From: Spirochaetaceae bacterium
GTDB taxonomy: Bacteria > Spirochaetota > Spirochaetia > DSM-2461
Direction of reading: 5' to 3'
Length of the DNA: 64,000 bases
Assembly (NCBI GenBank): GCA_051531975.1
Contig: JAOPTT010000007.1
Location: 88,985-152,984 of the forward strand
The position numbers and the translations under genes are program-made. Numbering within the stretch: position 1 is the first letter of the stretch; each line of letters begins with the position of its first letter. The notes beneath the pieces are model-generated. The model had not been told where the DNA came from. It ran no database searches and saw only the letters and a program-made list of their open reading frames with translations. Shown here in pieces: positions 19,189-28,711 of this stretch.

Positions 19189-19722
19189 ATGGACTTACAA
19201 AAACTATTTGATTTGCAAACAGAGATAGAAAATGACATTAGTAATATAACTACTATCCCTGAAGATGAAATGGGATCTCACAATGTTGAAGAATTACGTT
19301 TTTTAGCTCTTCACATAAAGATTGCAGAGTTAGCAAACCTAACAAAGTGTTATAAGTATGTACATATAAAAGAAAATATTCCAAAAGATAAACTAACTTT
19401 AAGGTATGTTGATGCATTCCAGTATCTTCTTTCAATAGGAAACAGAACTGGTTATCATATTATTAGATACGATGCTCTACCAAACGTTGCTGAAAAGGAT
19501 GTTATTAAACTTTTCTCTATATTAATAGACCAAACTTCCCAGGTAAAAAAATACTTCTTTAACGATAACTTTATTCAAGGGATTCATGAGTATACTCTAC
19601 TGTTTGCCATTATGGTAAATCTTGGAAAAGCTCTTAAAATAGATTTTAAAGATGCAGAACAGATCCTTAAAAATAAGAGATTAACTTTTACTACTTTGAA
19701 GTTTGAAGAAATTAACCTATAA
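19189..19722 (+). CDS. Dimeric dUTPase-like (MazG superfamily) protein, degenerate
   Basis: LQKLFDLQ, LALHIKIAELANLTKCYKY, YVDAFQYLLSIG resemble dUTPase_2, with some catalytic Glu residues replaced. Confidence 0.65.
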   Translation: MDLQKLFDLQTEIENDISNITTIPEDEMGSHNVEELRFLALHIKIAELANLTKCYKYVHIKENIPKDKLTLRYVDAFQYLLSIGNRTGYHIIRYDALPNVAEKDVIKLFSILIDQTSQVKKYFFNDNFIQGIHEYTLLFAIMVNLGKALKIDFKDAEQILKNKRLTFTTLKFEEINL

Positions 19723-19837
19723 CCAGTAAATTTTTAATGTAAATTTAATGTAATTTTATTTTTTACCATGTACGTTGTGGACTACTGCTCTTATTATTTA
19801 TATAATTTTATTAACTATTTAATAATAAGAGGCAATA

Positions 19838-20773
19838 ATGAAAAAGTTACTATTAATATCCTTAATACTCCTATATCTAACAGGATGTGATCTTTTTACA
19901 TCTAACAATGATTCTAATAATTCTGAAATAACTATAACTTTACCTAATTCTAGGGCACTAATTGATGTCGCATCAATATCTTTAACTATTTCAGGTACTG
20001 GGATGAGTAATCTTGAGCAGACTGTAAATGGTACAAGTAGTATCTCTGTAAATGTTCCTGTTGGAAGTGATCGTACATTTGACATTGTTGTTACTCTTGA
20101 GAATGGTAATACTCTTGTTGGAAGCAGTACTCAGGATATATCTTCAGATACTTCTGCAGTTGTTATTATACTTGATATCGCAGAATCTACATATAGTAGC
20201 TATACGCATATAGAATTTGTAGTAGATGCAGAGACAGGTGGAGGTCCCGGTGTAGGATCTAATATGCAACTAACAGTCATCGATGATACTATTTCTTGGT
20301 TGTACAAAACTTCTGGAGTAGATCAATTTGAGGATATATACAGGGGAACTGAATATACAAAAAGTGTAACTACAAGCTCTGCTATTTTTGACTTTACTTC
20401 TGATAATGGTTTGGAACATTTTGAATTTGATTTTAATACTGAAAACTCTGGAACATTTCTATCTACCGTATCTACCGGAGAGTATACATATTCTGGGACA
20501 TTTACCGCCTATACAACAAGTAGAAGCGCTGAAATTTTAGAATTTGATATTGAGGGTGATTCTGGGATATTTAATGGAACAGATATTGCAGTTACATATA
20601 ATGGGGGTGATGTTTCAGCTTTAACTCCGACTATATCATTATCAATTGGTGCCTTTGTATCTCCTGCATCTGGTTCTGTGCAAAATTTTACTTCACCTGT
20701 GAACTATATTGTAACAGCAGCAGACGGTACTATTAAGGTTTACACAGTAACAGTTACAATTGCACCATCTTGA
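19838..20773 (+). CDS. Surface lipoprotein, family member 1 (C-terminal DUF5018/Ig-like)
   Basis: Lipobox LTGC, ITLPNSR, GSDRTF, C-terminal VSPASGSVQNFTSPVNYIVTAADGT. Confidence 0.8.
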   Translation: MKKLLLISLILLYLTGCDLFTSNNDSNNSEITITLPNSRALIDVASISLTISGTGMSNLEQTVNGTSSISVNVPVGSDRTFDIVVTLENGNTLVGSSTQDISSDTSAVVIILDIAESTYSSYTHIEFVVDAETGGGPGVGSNMQLTVIDDTISWLYKTSGVDQFEDIYRGTEYTKSVTTSSAIFDFTSDNGLEHFEFDFNTENSGTFLSTVSTGEYTYSGTFTAYTTSRSAEILEFDIEGDSGIFNGTDIAVTYNGGDVSALTPTISLSIGAFVSPASGSVQNFTSPVNYIVTAADGTIKVYTVTVTIAPS

Positions 20774-21178
20774 GTATAAGGAAGAGTTAAAGTGGAATCA
20801 AATGAACAATTTGAATTTTGTTAATAAAGATAAAAAACTTGGCAAACAAATAAAAGATTATATTGGTTTCCGAATTGTTAGAACATCTGCAGGAAAAGGT
20901 TATAAACTTCTTCTTTTTAGATAATTAGAAGAAATCAAAGATCTATCTGAACTAAAGCTGAAAGTGTGTAAGCGTTCTCAGATTTTACTAAACTCTGTGA
21001 TGTTTTGATATGTTAAAAGTAACTGGGCAAGAATTGTACTTGAGGTTTAATAATTTGAAGTTTGAAGATATTAATTTATAAAGTAAGTCCATTTTAATTA
21101 TTTATTGCATATAATAATCTAGACTACAGTATTTTTTAGTCATATAATTTATTAACTATTTAATAATAAGAGGTAACA

Positions 21179-22207
21179 ATGAAAAAAATATTATTTATAT
21201 CCTTAATTCTCCTATATCTATCAGGGTGTGATCTATTTATATCTAATAAAGATTCTAATTATTCTGAAATAACTATATCTTTACCTAATTCTAGGGCTTT
21301 AATTGATGAGGCTGGAGTATACGAGCTAATTGTGAGTGGTACTGATTTTGAGGATGTAACTATTACTTCTGAAACTGGCACTTTAACTACAGAAGTCTTG
21401 ATTGGTGATGACCGTACATTTACTGTGAATATATATAATTCAGATCGAACACTTCTATTATATACTGGCGAAACTACTGAGAATGTTATTTCATCTGGTT
21501 TAACAAATATTGATATTACTCTTTCACAATCAGCAGGGCAAATAATATACCATAGTAATAGTCAAACAGGTGGATCAGTTCCAGCCAATTCTGATTATTA
21601 TAATTTTAATACTGAGATTACTGTTTTAGATAATACTAATTCATTGGTTAAAACGGGGTTTTCATTTTTTAGTTGGAACACTTTAGAAGATGGGAGTGGT
21701 ACTACTTATTTTCCAGATTCAATAGTTACAATTTCTAGTGGTGATGTTCATCTGTATGCAGACTGGTTTGACCCTGCATCAATCTCCGCTGATGCTTATG
21801 AAGCTGATAATAATAAAGTGGATGCGGATACTTATAATAGAACAATTTCATTAAATGAGACACAATACCATACTATTGATATTGCAGGGGATTTTGATTG
21901 GATGAAGTTTGATGCAACAAGTGGTGTTACCTATACATTTTATACCACTGAGACTGGGCATGAAACGAGTGTTGATACTTATATGTACTTGTATGATGTT
22001 GATGGTACTACACTCATTGAAGAAGATGATGATGATGGACAAGATTATCGTGGTCTATGTTCAGCTATAGTTTTTCCATGTACTACCACTGGTACTTATT
22101 ATCTAGTAATAAAGGATTTAAATAGTGGAGGATATAGTCTTGATTATTTTGTGTCGGTGGTAGATTCAGCTTATACTCCACCAGCCTATGATGGTGGCGG
22201 AGAGTAA
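21179..22207 (+). CDS. Surface lipoprotein, family member 2 (InlB-B repeat + PPC-like domain)
   Basis: LSGC, ISLPNSR, GDDRTF, KTGFSFFSWNTLEDGSGTTY, DTYMYLYDVDGTTLIEEDDD. Confidence 0.8.
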   Translation: MKKILFISLILLYLSGCDLFISNKDSNYSEITISLPNSRALIDEAGVYELIVSGTDFEDVTITSETGTLTTEVLIGDDRTFTVNIYNSDRTLLLYTGETTENVISSGLTNIDITLSQSAGQIIYHSNSQTGGSVPANSDYYNFNTEITVLDNTNSLVKTGFSFFSWNTLEDGSGTTYFPDSIVTISSGDVHLYADWFDPASISADAYEADNNKVDADTYNRTISLNETQYHTIDIAGDFDWMKFDATSGVTYTFYTTETGHETSVDTYMYLYDVDGTTLIEEDDDDGQDYRGLCSAIVFPCTTTGTYYLVIKDLNSGGYSLDYFVSVVDSAYTPPAYDGGGE

Positions 22208-22221
22208 TCTTAATAAACTAA

Positions 22222-22593
22222 CTATAACAGTTCTTCTTCTACAGACGCATAATATTCTATTTTGTAATCAATAGTACTAAGTGCATTTTTTAATGTTTCC
22301 ATCTCTTTTAGTATGGTTTCTCTTTGGTTACTTAATAGTTCTTTTCTATCACAAGCAGTAATATTACCTTGATTCATAAGCTCTTTATATTCTTTAATTT
22401 TTTTTAATGGCATACCTGTAGATCTTAGGCATAATACAAATTTTAACCACTCTAAATCGTGATTTGAATATCTTCTGTGACCATTAGGAAGCCTTAAAAT
22501 ATCAGTTAATAATCCATCTTTCTCATAGTATCTTAAAGTATCGCTGGTTAGACCTGTCTCATTTATTATTTCTTTCATTGTAAAATTTTTCAT
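22222..22593 (-). CDS. MerR-family regulator (AdhR-like)
   Basis: TLRYYEKDGL, NGHRRY, CLRSTGMPL; divergent from an alcohol dehydrogenase; ATG 22593 preferred. Confidence 0.92.
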   Translation of the reverse strand: MKNFTMKEIINETGLTSDTLRYYEKDGLLTDILRLPNGHRRYSNHDLEWLKFVLCLRSTGMPLKKIKEYKELMNQGNITACDRKELLSNQRETILKEMETLKNALSTIDYKIEYYASVEEELL

Positions 22594-22620
22594 AAAATAA
22601 TAATAACACATTATTAACCC

Positions 22621-22651
22621 TTGACCTAGAGCAAGCTCTAAGTGTTAAGGT
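22621..22651 (+). promoter_or_regulatory. MerR-type promoter with operator
   Basis: TTGACC-N19-TAAGGT with palindrome TAGAGC-AA-GCTCTA in the long spacer. Confidence 0.85.
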
Positions 22652-22674
22652 AATAACAGTGAGAGGGAAAACAA

Positions 22675-23838
22675 ATGAACAATTTTACATACGATAATAA
22701 AACTAAAGTAATTTTTGGTAAATCAACAGAGGATTGTGTTGGTTCAGAAACAAAAAAATATTCAGATAAAGTTCTACTACATTATGGTGGTGGAAGTATT
22801 AAAAAAACAGGACTATATGATAGAGTTTTAAAATCTTTAAAAGAAGCAGATGTTGAAGTTATTGAGTTAGGTGGAGTATCTCCAAACCCAAGACTAACAT
22901 TAGTTAACGAAGGTATTAAAATCTGTAAAGAGAATAATATTGGGTTTATTTTAGCTGTTGGAGGTGGAAGTGTAATCGATTCTGCTAAAGCTATAGGTGT
23001 AGGGGTTTGTTACGAAGGTGATGTTTGGGACTTTTATGAATATAAAGCTTCACCTAAAAAGACCCTACCTTTAGGAGTTATATTAACAATTCCAGCAGCA
23101 GGAAGTGAAACTAGTCCTGGAAGTGTAATTACAAACCAAGCTAAGAAACTTAAACGTGGAATGGGTGCTATATGCATGAGACCGGAGTTTTGTATATTAA
23201 ATCCAGAACTTACATTTACTCTCCCAGATTATCAGACAGCATGTGGAGCTGCAGATATGCTTGCCCATGTTATGGAGAGATATTTTGTTGCTACAAAAAA
23301 TGTTGATCTAACTGACAGATTATGTGAAGCTACTATGAAATCTATAATATTACAGGCAAAAAAACTTGTAATTAATCCTAATGATTATGAGGCTCGTGCT
23401 GAAATTATGTTAAGTGGAACAATAGCTCATAATGATAGTTTAGATGTTGGACGTGGGGGAGATTGGGCATCCCATGAGATGGAACATGAACTTAGTGCCA
23501 TGAATGATATAGCCCATGGAGCAGGGTTAGCAATAATATTCCCTGCATGGATGAAGCATGTATACAAAGAAAATCCAGATAAGTTTGTACAGTTTTTCAC
23601 TAGGGTTTTTAACATAGACGAAAACCATGAAAATAGAGAAGAGACTATACTGTTAGGAATAAAAGCTTTAGAAGAATTTTACAAAGAGTTAGGATTACCA
23701 ACTAGATTATCAGATGTGGATTTTGATAATAGCCTGATTCCTGAGATGGCAACCAAAGCTGTAAAAGGTGGAACATTAGGTAATTTTAAAACATTAACAA
23801 GTGTCGATACAGAAAAAATATACAACTTAGCAAAATAG
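22675..23838 (+). CDS. Iron-containing alcohol dehydrogenase (butanol dehydrogenase-like)
   Basis: YGGGSIK, AVGGGSVIDSAK, AAGSE, HVMERY, WASHEMEHELS, HGAGL. Confidence 0.93.
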   Translation: MNNFTYDNKTKVIFGKSTEDCVGSETKKYSDKVLLHYGGGSIKKTGLYDRVLKSLKEADVEVIELGGVSPNPRLTLVNEGIKICKENNIGFILAVGGGSVIDSAKAIGVGVCYEGDVWDFYEYKASPKKTLPLGVILTIPAAGSETSPGSVITNQAKKLKRGMGAICMRPEFCILNPELTFTLPDYQTACGAADMLAHVMERYFVATKNVDLTDRLCEATMKSIILQAKKLVINPNDYEARAEIMLSGTIAHNDSLDVGRGGDWASHEMEHELSAMNDIAHGAGLAIIFPAWMKHVYKENPDKFVQFFTRVFNIDENHENREETILLGIKALEEFYKELGLPTRLSDVDFDNSLIPEMATKAVKGGTLGNFKTLTSVDTEKIYNLAK

Positions 23839-23847
23839 GAAGGAATT

Positions 23848-24543
23848 ATGGATATCAGAGGAAAATGGGCACTAGTTACAGGTGCTAGTAGAGGTGTTGG
23901 TTTACGGATAGCTAGAGCACTTGCAGAGAAAGGTTGTAAAGTTATTCTTCATTCCAGGAAATTAGAAGGAACTAAAGATCTGTTAGATGAACTAAAAGCA
24001 GAAGGTGTAGAAGCTTTCTCTGTAGCTGCAGAACTGAGTTCTTTAGAACAAGTTGAGGCCTTAATAAAAGAGGTTAAAGAGATCACTTCTGATCACTTGG
24101 ATATACTTTACAACAATGCAGCAATTATGACTGCTTATAGAGATATGTTTGCACCAACTGCTGGGGAGTACATGGATAGTTTTTTTGTGAATTCTGTTGT
24201 TCCTTCTAAACTTTGTGATGCTTTTTTACCAAGTATGTTAAAAAGAGATTGGGGTAGAGTTGTAAATGTAACTTCTGGTATTGCGGATCAGCCACAGTTG
24301 ATGGCATACAGTTGTTCAAAAGCTGCATTAGATCGATACGTTAGAGATATGGTTACATCATTAAAAGATACAAATGTATTAATGAGTTTATTGGATCCTG
24401 GTTGGTTAACTACAGATTTAGGTGGTCCAGATGCTCCTAATAGCCCTGATACAGTTCTGCCTGGTGCAATGATTCCTGTACTTCTTGAAAAAGAGGAAGG
24501 TTCTGGTAAGTTCTTTAGTGCTCAGGATTATAACTTAAAATAA
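23848..24543 (+). CDS. SDR oxidoreductase
   Basis: TGASRGVG, NNAA, YSCSK, PGWLTTD. Confidence 0.92.
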   Translation: MDIRGKWALVTGASRGVGLRIARALAEKGCKVILHSRKLEGTKDLLDELKAEGVEAFSVAAELSSLEQVEALIKEVKEITSDHLDILYNNAAIMTAYRDMFAPTAGEYMDSFFVNSVVPSKLCDAFLPSMLKRDWGRVVNVTSGIADQPQLMAYSCSKAALDRYVRDMVTSLKDTNVLMSLLDPGWLTTDLGGPDAPNSPDTVLPGAMIPVLLEKEEGSGKFFSAQDYNLK

Positions 24544-24631
24544 TTAAATATTTTTTAGTTCACAATAACCCCTTATATAGTTTAAAATGCATAGATATTC
24601 AAATATTGTATTCTATCTAAGGGGGAGTTAT

Positions 24632-25813
24632 ATGAGGAAAACAGTTTTACTCATAATTTCTAGTCTATTATTAACATTTGTTGCGTGTGAGCTTTTTCAA
24701 CCTCAAGATAAACTAGAATATACAAACATAAATTTATCTCTACCTAATTCTAGGTCTTTATCTGAAGATATTGTTAATTACGAATTAGTAGTTACGTCAT
24801 CAGGTATGGTTACTGAAACATATACCTCGATAACTGATAGTATTTCTGCAGAAATCCCATCAGGCTCTGATAGAACGTTCACATTAAGTATTTATAATGA
24901 TGATAACTCAATACTACTTTACCAAGGTACAGAGACAGTTGATCTTGAGCCTGGTGGAACTATCTCTTTAGAAATAACTGTTTCAAGAACAGCATTTTAC
25001 ATTACATATGATGGGAATGAAGCTACCACTATTACTATTCCAGATACCCTATATTTCGAAGATAACACCAGTGTTACAATTGCTGGTAATTTAACTAATT
25101 TAGTCTATTCTGGTTATACATTTTCGGAGTGGAATACAGCCGCTGATGGTAATGGAACGAGTTATGATATTGGTGATGCTTTAACACTTGATGGTCAGGA
25201 TATTACTCTTTATGCCATATGGGCTGTTGAATATGATACCAATATACTGTTTTTTGATGACTTTAGCAGTACAGGTAATCTTCATGGGCAAAGTCCAGAT
25301 GTAGGTTCTGGGACATGGGATGTAACTTTTGGAGGATTATCTACATCCTCAGGTAGTTGCATAACTTCAGGTACTACAGGAGTCGTTGATACGGGTTTTG
25401 GTACATTTACTAGAGCAATGGCTTCTGGTGAAATATTAACATTAGAATTTACAACATCAGCGATTACACCTTTTGGTAATGCAGGGTGGGCTGGAATAAG
25501 TCTTTTTGCTGGTGGAACAGAAAAATTTTATTTTGGAAACATAGGTGGTTTTAATGGTTGGGGGATCGACGTTGTTGGATTTACTCAGTCAACTACTTCC
25601 CCTCTTTTAACTACTTCTGCTCAGGTTGCTACCTTTACATATGAATATAGTTCTGGATATTGGACATGGTCTATTGCAGGCCAATATCATACTGGTACAG
25701 GTACATCTGATCTAGAAATAAACCAGGTACGTATTGGTGGTGAGGCATCATCAACAACTGATATCTCTGTGGATTCCATTGAAGTTACAGTTGATATTGC
25801 ACCTCCTTCTTAA
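24632..25813 (+). CDS. Surface lipoprotein, family member 3 (InlB-B repeat + beta-sandwich C-terminus)
   Basis: FVAC, LSLPNSR, GSDRTF, GYTFSEWNTAADGNGTSY, LFFDDFS; GGGGAG SD before ATG 24632. Confidence 0.8.
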   Translation: MRKTVLLIISSLLLTFVACELFQPQDKLEYTNINLSLPNSRSLSEDIVNYELVVTSSGMVTETYTSITDSISAEIPSGSDRTFTLSIYNDDNSILLYQGTETVDLEPGGTISLEITVSRTAFYITYDGNEATTITIPDTLYFEDNTSVTIAGNLTNLVYSGYTFSEWNTAADGNGTSYDIGDALTLDGQDITLYAIWAVEYDTNILFFDDFSSTGNLHGQSPDVGSGTWDVTFGGLSTSSGSCITSGTTGVVDTGFGTFTRAMASGEILTLEFTTSAITPFGNAGWAGISLFAGGTEKFYFGNIGGFNGWGIDVVGFTQSTTSPLLTTSAQVATFTYEYSSGYWTWSIAGQYHTGTGTSDLEINQVRIGGEASSTTDISVDSIEVTVDIAPPS

Positions 25814-25901
25814 TAAGTAGTAGCACAATAGTTACAAATATCTCTTTATCTGGTTTATACTCTAGATATAATCATTAATTTTATATTAGTTGGAGGACAA
25901 A

Positions 25902-27626
25902 ATGAGAAAAAATAATGCACTCATTATCTCTGTAATTCTCATGCTATTTTTTGTATCATGCGAGCTTTTTCAGACACAAAAGGAATCAGAATATTCTCTT
26001 GTTAATATAACTCTTCCTAGTTCCAGGTTATTATCAGATAACATTAGGCAATATGATTTAGTAGTTTCTGCTACTGATTTAGGTAGTGAAACTTATACTG
26101 ATATATCTGAAGAGACCTCTTTAGAAATTTTAGCAGGATCAGATCGGACATTCACATTAAATGCATATAACGAAGATAAATCTCTGCTGTTATACCAAGG
26201 TGTAAAAGTTTTAGATCTTGAACCTGGTATTGATACACCTATAAACATTGTTATTTCTAGGTCTGCTAGAACTATTACATACCATGATAATGGGACTGAT
26301 TCAGGTAGTGTTCCAGAGACTCTGTATTATAATAACAATACTGAAGTAGTTGTTTTGGGAAATACTGGTCTGCTAGTAAAAGATACTTACAACTTTGATG
26401 GATGGAATACTTTAGCAGATGGAAGTGGTTCTAGTTATGTGGTTGGTTCGTTAATAGATATTGAAGCTGAAGATATAGATTTATATGCAAAATGGAGTTC
26501 TTATCCAACTTATACGGTTTTATACCACCTTGATGATGGGGTTGGAACACTTCCAACAGATCCAGCAACATATTATGAAAATGATGATATAACTTTAGCA
26601 AGTAGTGCTGGTTTAACTAAATCTGGGTATTATTTTTACGGATGGTCTACTAGTTTAGGTGGTTCAATAATTACAGGGGCATACCCATGTCCATCAAATA
26701 ATGTGACATTTTATGCAGTGTGGGCAGTGTTTACAACTGGAACATTTACAAATGCTAGTGCTACTGGTGCAGTTGGTCCAACCCAAGCACAACTTGATGC
26801 AGAATATTCAGGAACAAGTTTAGAAGGATATGTTACTAATCCATCTACTAATGATGGTTACCAATTGTGGACCGTTCCAACTACTGGGGACTATATTATT
26901 GAGGCAACGGGTGCCCAGGGAGCTTATAATGTTGGTTCTGCACAAGTTGGTGCGAATGGGGCAACCATGGTCGGTACTTTTAGCCTAACTGCTGGGGATC
27001 AATTAATTATATTAGTTGGGCAGCAAGGTTCAATATCAGTTGGAGCTTCTTCTAGTTCAGGTGGAGGAGGAACATTTGTTACAGTGATTGATTCAGGTTC
27101 TTCTTATATTCATGTTCTGAGTTCTCAAAAAGTTACACCTCTAATTATTGCTGGAGGAGGCGGTGGAGTTGGTAACAGTGGAGAGGAACAAGGAGTCGGA
27201 GGAGCTATAACTAATTCCGGAACATTAGATGGTGGAGGTAATGGAACTCCAGGGACATCTGGTGGAGGAGGTTTATCTGGAACTATCGCTAATAATAATG
27301 GTGGCGGTGGTGGAGGTGGCTTTATTGGTAATGGTACAGTCAAACTATCAAATAGTGGTTATCCAGGGTATTCATTTTTAAATGGTGGACTTGGTGGATC
27401 TTCTAGAGACGGTGGATCCTATGGTGGATTTGGTGGAGCTGGTGGAAATCATGAATCTACTGGTGGTGGTGGTGCCGGAGGAGGTTACTCCGGTGGTTCT
27501 GGTGGACAAAATATCTCTATTTATTATGGTGGAGGAGGTGGAGGTTCCTATAATACTGGAACAAGTCCTACTAACACTGCAGGTAATAACTCAGGAAATG
27601 GTTCCGTAATAATAACTTTACAGTAA
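25902..27626 (+). CDS. Surface lipoprotein, family member 4 (two InlB-B repeats + ALK/LTK-type Gly-rich domain)
   Basis: FVSC, ITLPSSR, GSDRTF, FDGWNT/FYGWST repeats, QLWTVPTTGDYIIEATGAQG, LIILVGQQG, GGGGTFV, PLIIAGGGGG. Confidence 0.82.
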   Translation: MRKNNALIISVILMLFFVSCELFQTQKESEYSLVNITLPSSRLLSDNIRQYDLVVSATDLGSETYTDISEETSLEILAGSDRTFTLNAYNEDKSLLLYQGVKVLDLEPGIDTPINIVISRSARTITYHDNGTDSGSVPETLYYNNNTEVVVLGNTGLLVKDTYNFDGWNTLADGSGSSYVVGSLIDIEAEDIDLYAKWSSYPTYTVLYHLDDGVGTLPTDPATYYENDDITLASSAGLTKSGYYFYGWSTSLGGSIITGAYPCPSNNVTFYAVWAVFTTGTFTNASATGAVGPTQAQLDAEYSGTSLEGYVTNPSTNDGYQLWTVPTTGDYIIEATGAQGAYNVGSAQVGANGATMVGTFSLTAGDQLIILVGQQGSISVGASSSSGGGGTFVTVIDSGSSYIHVLSSQKVTPLIIAGGGGGVGNSGEEQGVGGAITNSGTLDGGGNGTPGTSGGGGLSGTIANNNGGGGGGGFIGNGTVKLSNSGYPGYSFLNGGLGGSSRDGGSYGGFGGAGGNHESTGGGGAGGGYSGGSGGQNISIYYGGGGGGSYNTGTSPTNTAGNNSGNGSVIITLQ

Positions 27627-27640
27627 TAGAGCTATAAAAT

Positions 27641-27668
27641 GTTGCTACTAACATATCTTAGTAGCAAC
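27641..27668. terminator. Hairpin between convergent genes
   Basis: gttgctactaa / ttagtagcaac inverted repeat. Confidence 0.65.
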
Positions 27669-27676
27669 GATTATAA

Positions 27677-28711
27677 TTAACTAACTATTATTGTCTCTGG
27701 ATTTGTTGTAATTTCTCCAACAATATAAGCGTCGATACCGTTATCTTTCATAACACTTAATATATCTTTTGCTTTATCTGGAGCTATTGTAAATAGCAGA
27801 CCTCCAGATGTTTGAGGGTCAAATAGTATAGATTTTGTAGAATTTTCTAAAGTATCTATGTTCTCAACAAAGCTTCCTCTAAACTCCATGTTCTTTTTGG
27901 TTCCACCTGGAACTGCACCTCTGTTTATGCAATCCATAGCACCTGGTAATAGTTTTATACCCTTAAAGTTTATTGTTAAACCAAGACCTGAACCTGAGAT
28001 CATTTCACAGGCATGTCCAACTAAACCAAACCCTGTAACGTCAGTACAACACTTAACAGGGAACTCTGTAATAATCTCAGATGCTCTCTTATTTAAATTA
28101 CACATAGATTCCATTGAAGCTTGTATTGATTCCTCTGTTGCCAAACCACGTTTTAAAGCTGTATTTATTGTACCAGTACCTAAAGGTTTTGTTAAAATAA
28201 CAGTTTGCCCTAATTCTGGTTTATTATTTACTAATACTTTGTCTGGGTGAACTAAACCAGAAACTGACAAACCAAATTTTAACTCTTCGTCCTGTATACT
28301 GTGACCACCAACTAAAGGAACATTTGCCTCTTTAAGTTTATCAAGACAACCCTCAGTTATTGTACGTAGAACTGATATGTCCGCTTTATCTAGAGGAAAC
28401 CCAACAATACTCATAGCCGTAATTGGTCTTGCTCCCATGGCATATACGTCAGATAGTGCATTTGCTGTAGCTATCTGTCCAAATGCATATGGGTCATCTA
28501 CAATAGGTGGGAAAAAATCTAGAGTATTAACTAATGCTAAATCATTAGAAATTTTATATACACCAGCGTCATCACTAGTTGTAAAGTCTACCATTAGTTC
28601 TGGGAATACTGGTTGTGTTAAGCCACACAGAGCTTTATCTAAAAGGCCTGGACCTAATTTTGCTCCACACCCTGAAAATTTAGTTAATGTTGTTAGTTTT
28701 ATATCATCCAT
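27677..28711 (-). CDS. selD: Selenide, water dikinase (Cys form)
   Basis: GCGAK (TGT codon), DDAGVY, DFFPPIVDDP, NALSDVYAMG, GGHS, TDVTGFGL, DPQTSGGLL. Confidence 0.96.
   Translation of the reverse strand: MDDIKLTTLTKFSGCGAKLGPGLLDKALCGLTQPVFPELMVDFTTSDDAGVYKISNDLALVNTLDFFPPIVDDPYAFGQIATANALSDVYAMGARPITAMSIVGFPLDKADISVLRTITEGCLDKLKEANVPLVGGHSIQDEELKFGLSVSGLVHPDKVLVNNKPELGQTVILTKPLGTGTINTALKRGLATEESIQASMESMCNLNKRASEIITEFPVKCCTDVTGFGLVGHACEMISGSGLGLTINFKGIKLLPGAMDCINRGAVPGGTKKNMEFRGSFVENIDTLENSTKSILFDPQTSGGLLFTIAPDKAKDILSVMKDNGIDAYIVGEITTNPETIIVS

Noticed and set aside
27125..27609. Alternative-frame ORFs 27125-27343(-) and 27382-27609(+)
   Set aside because: By-products of GGN-rich glycine codons in the lipoprotein gene.
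19838..27626. Diversity-generating retroelement or shufflon acting on the lipoproteins
   Set aside because: No reverse transcriptase or recombinase is present, and I saw no adenine-specific TR/VR pair.
28660..28690. Selenocysteine in SelD
   Set aside because: The catalytic codon is TGT (Cys). I noticed no in-frame TGA readthrough candidate or tRNA-Sec in the window.
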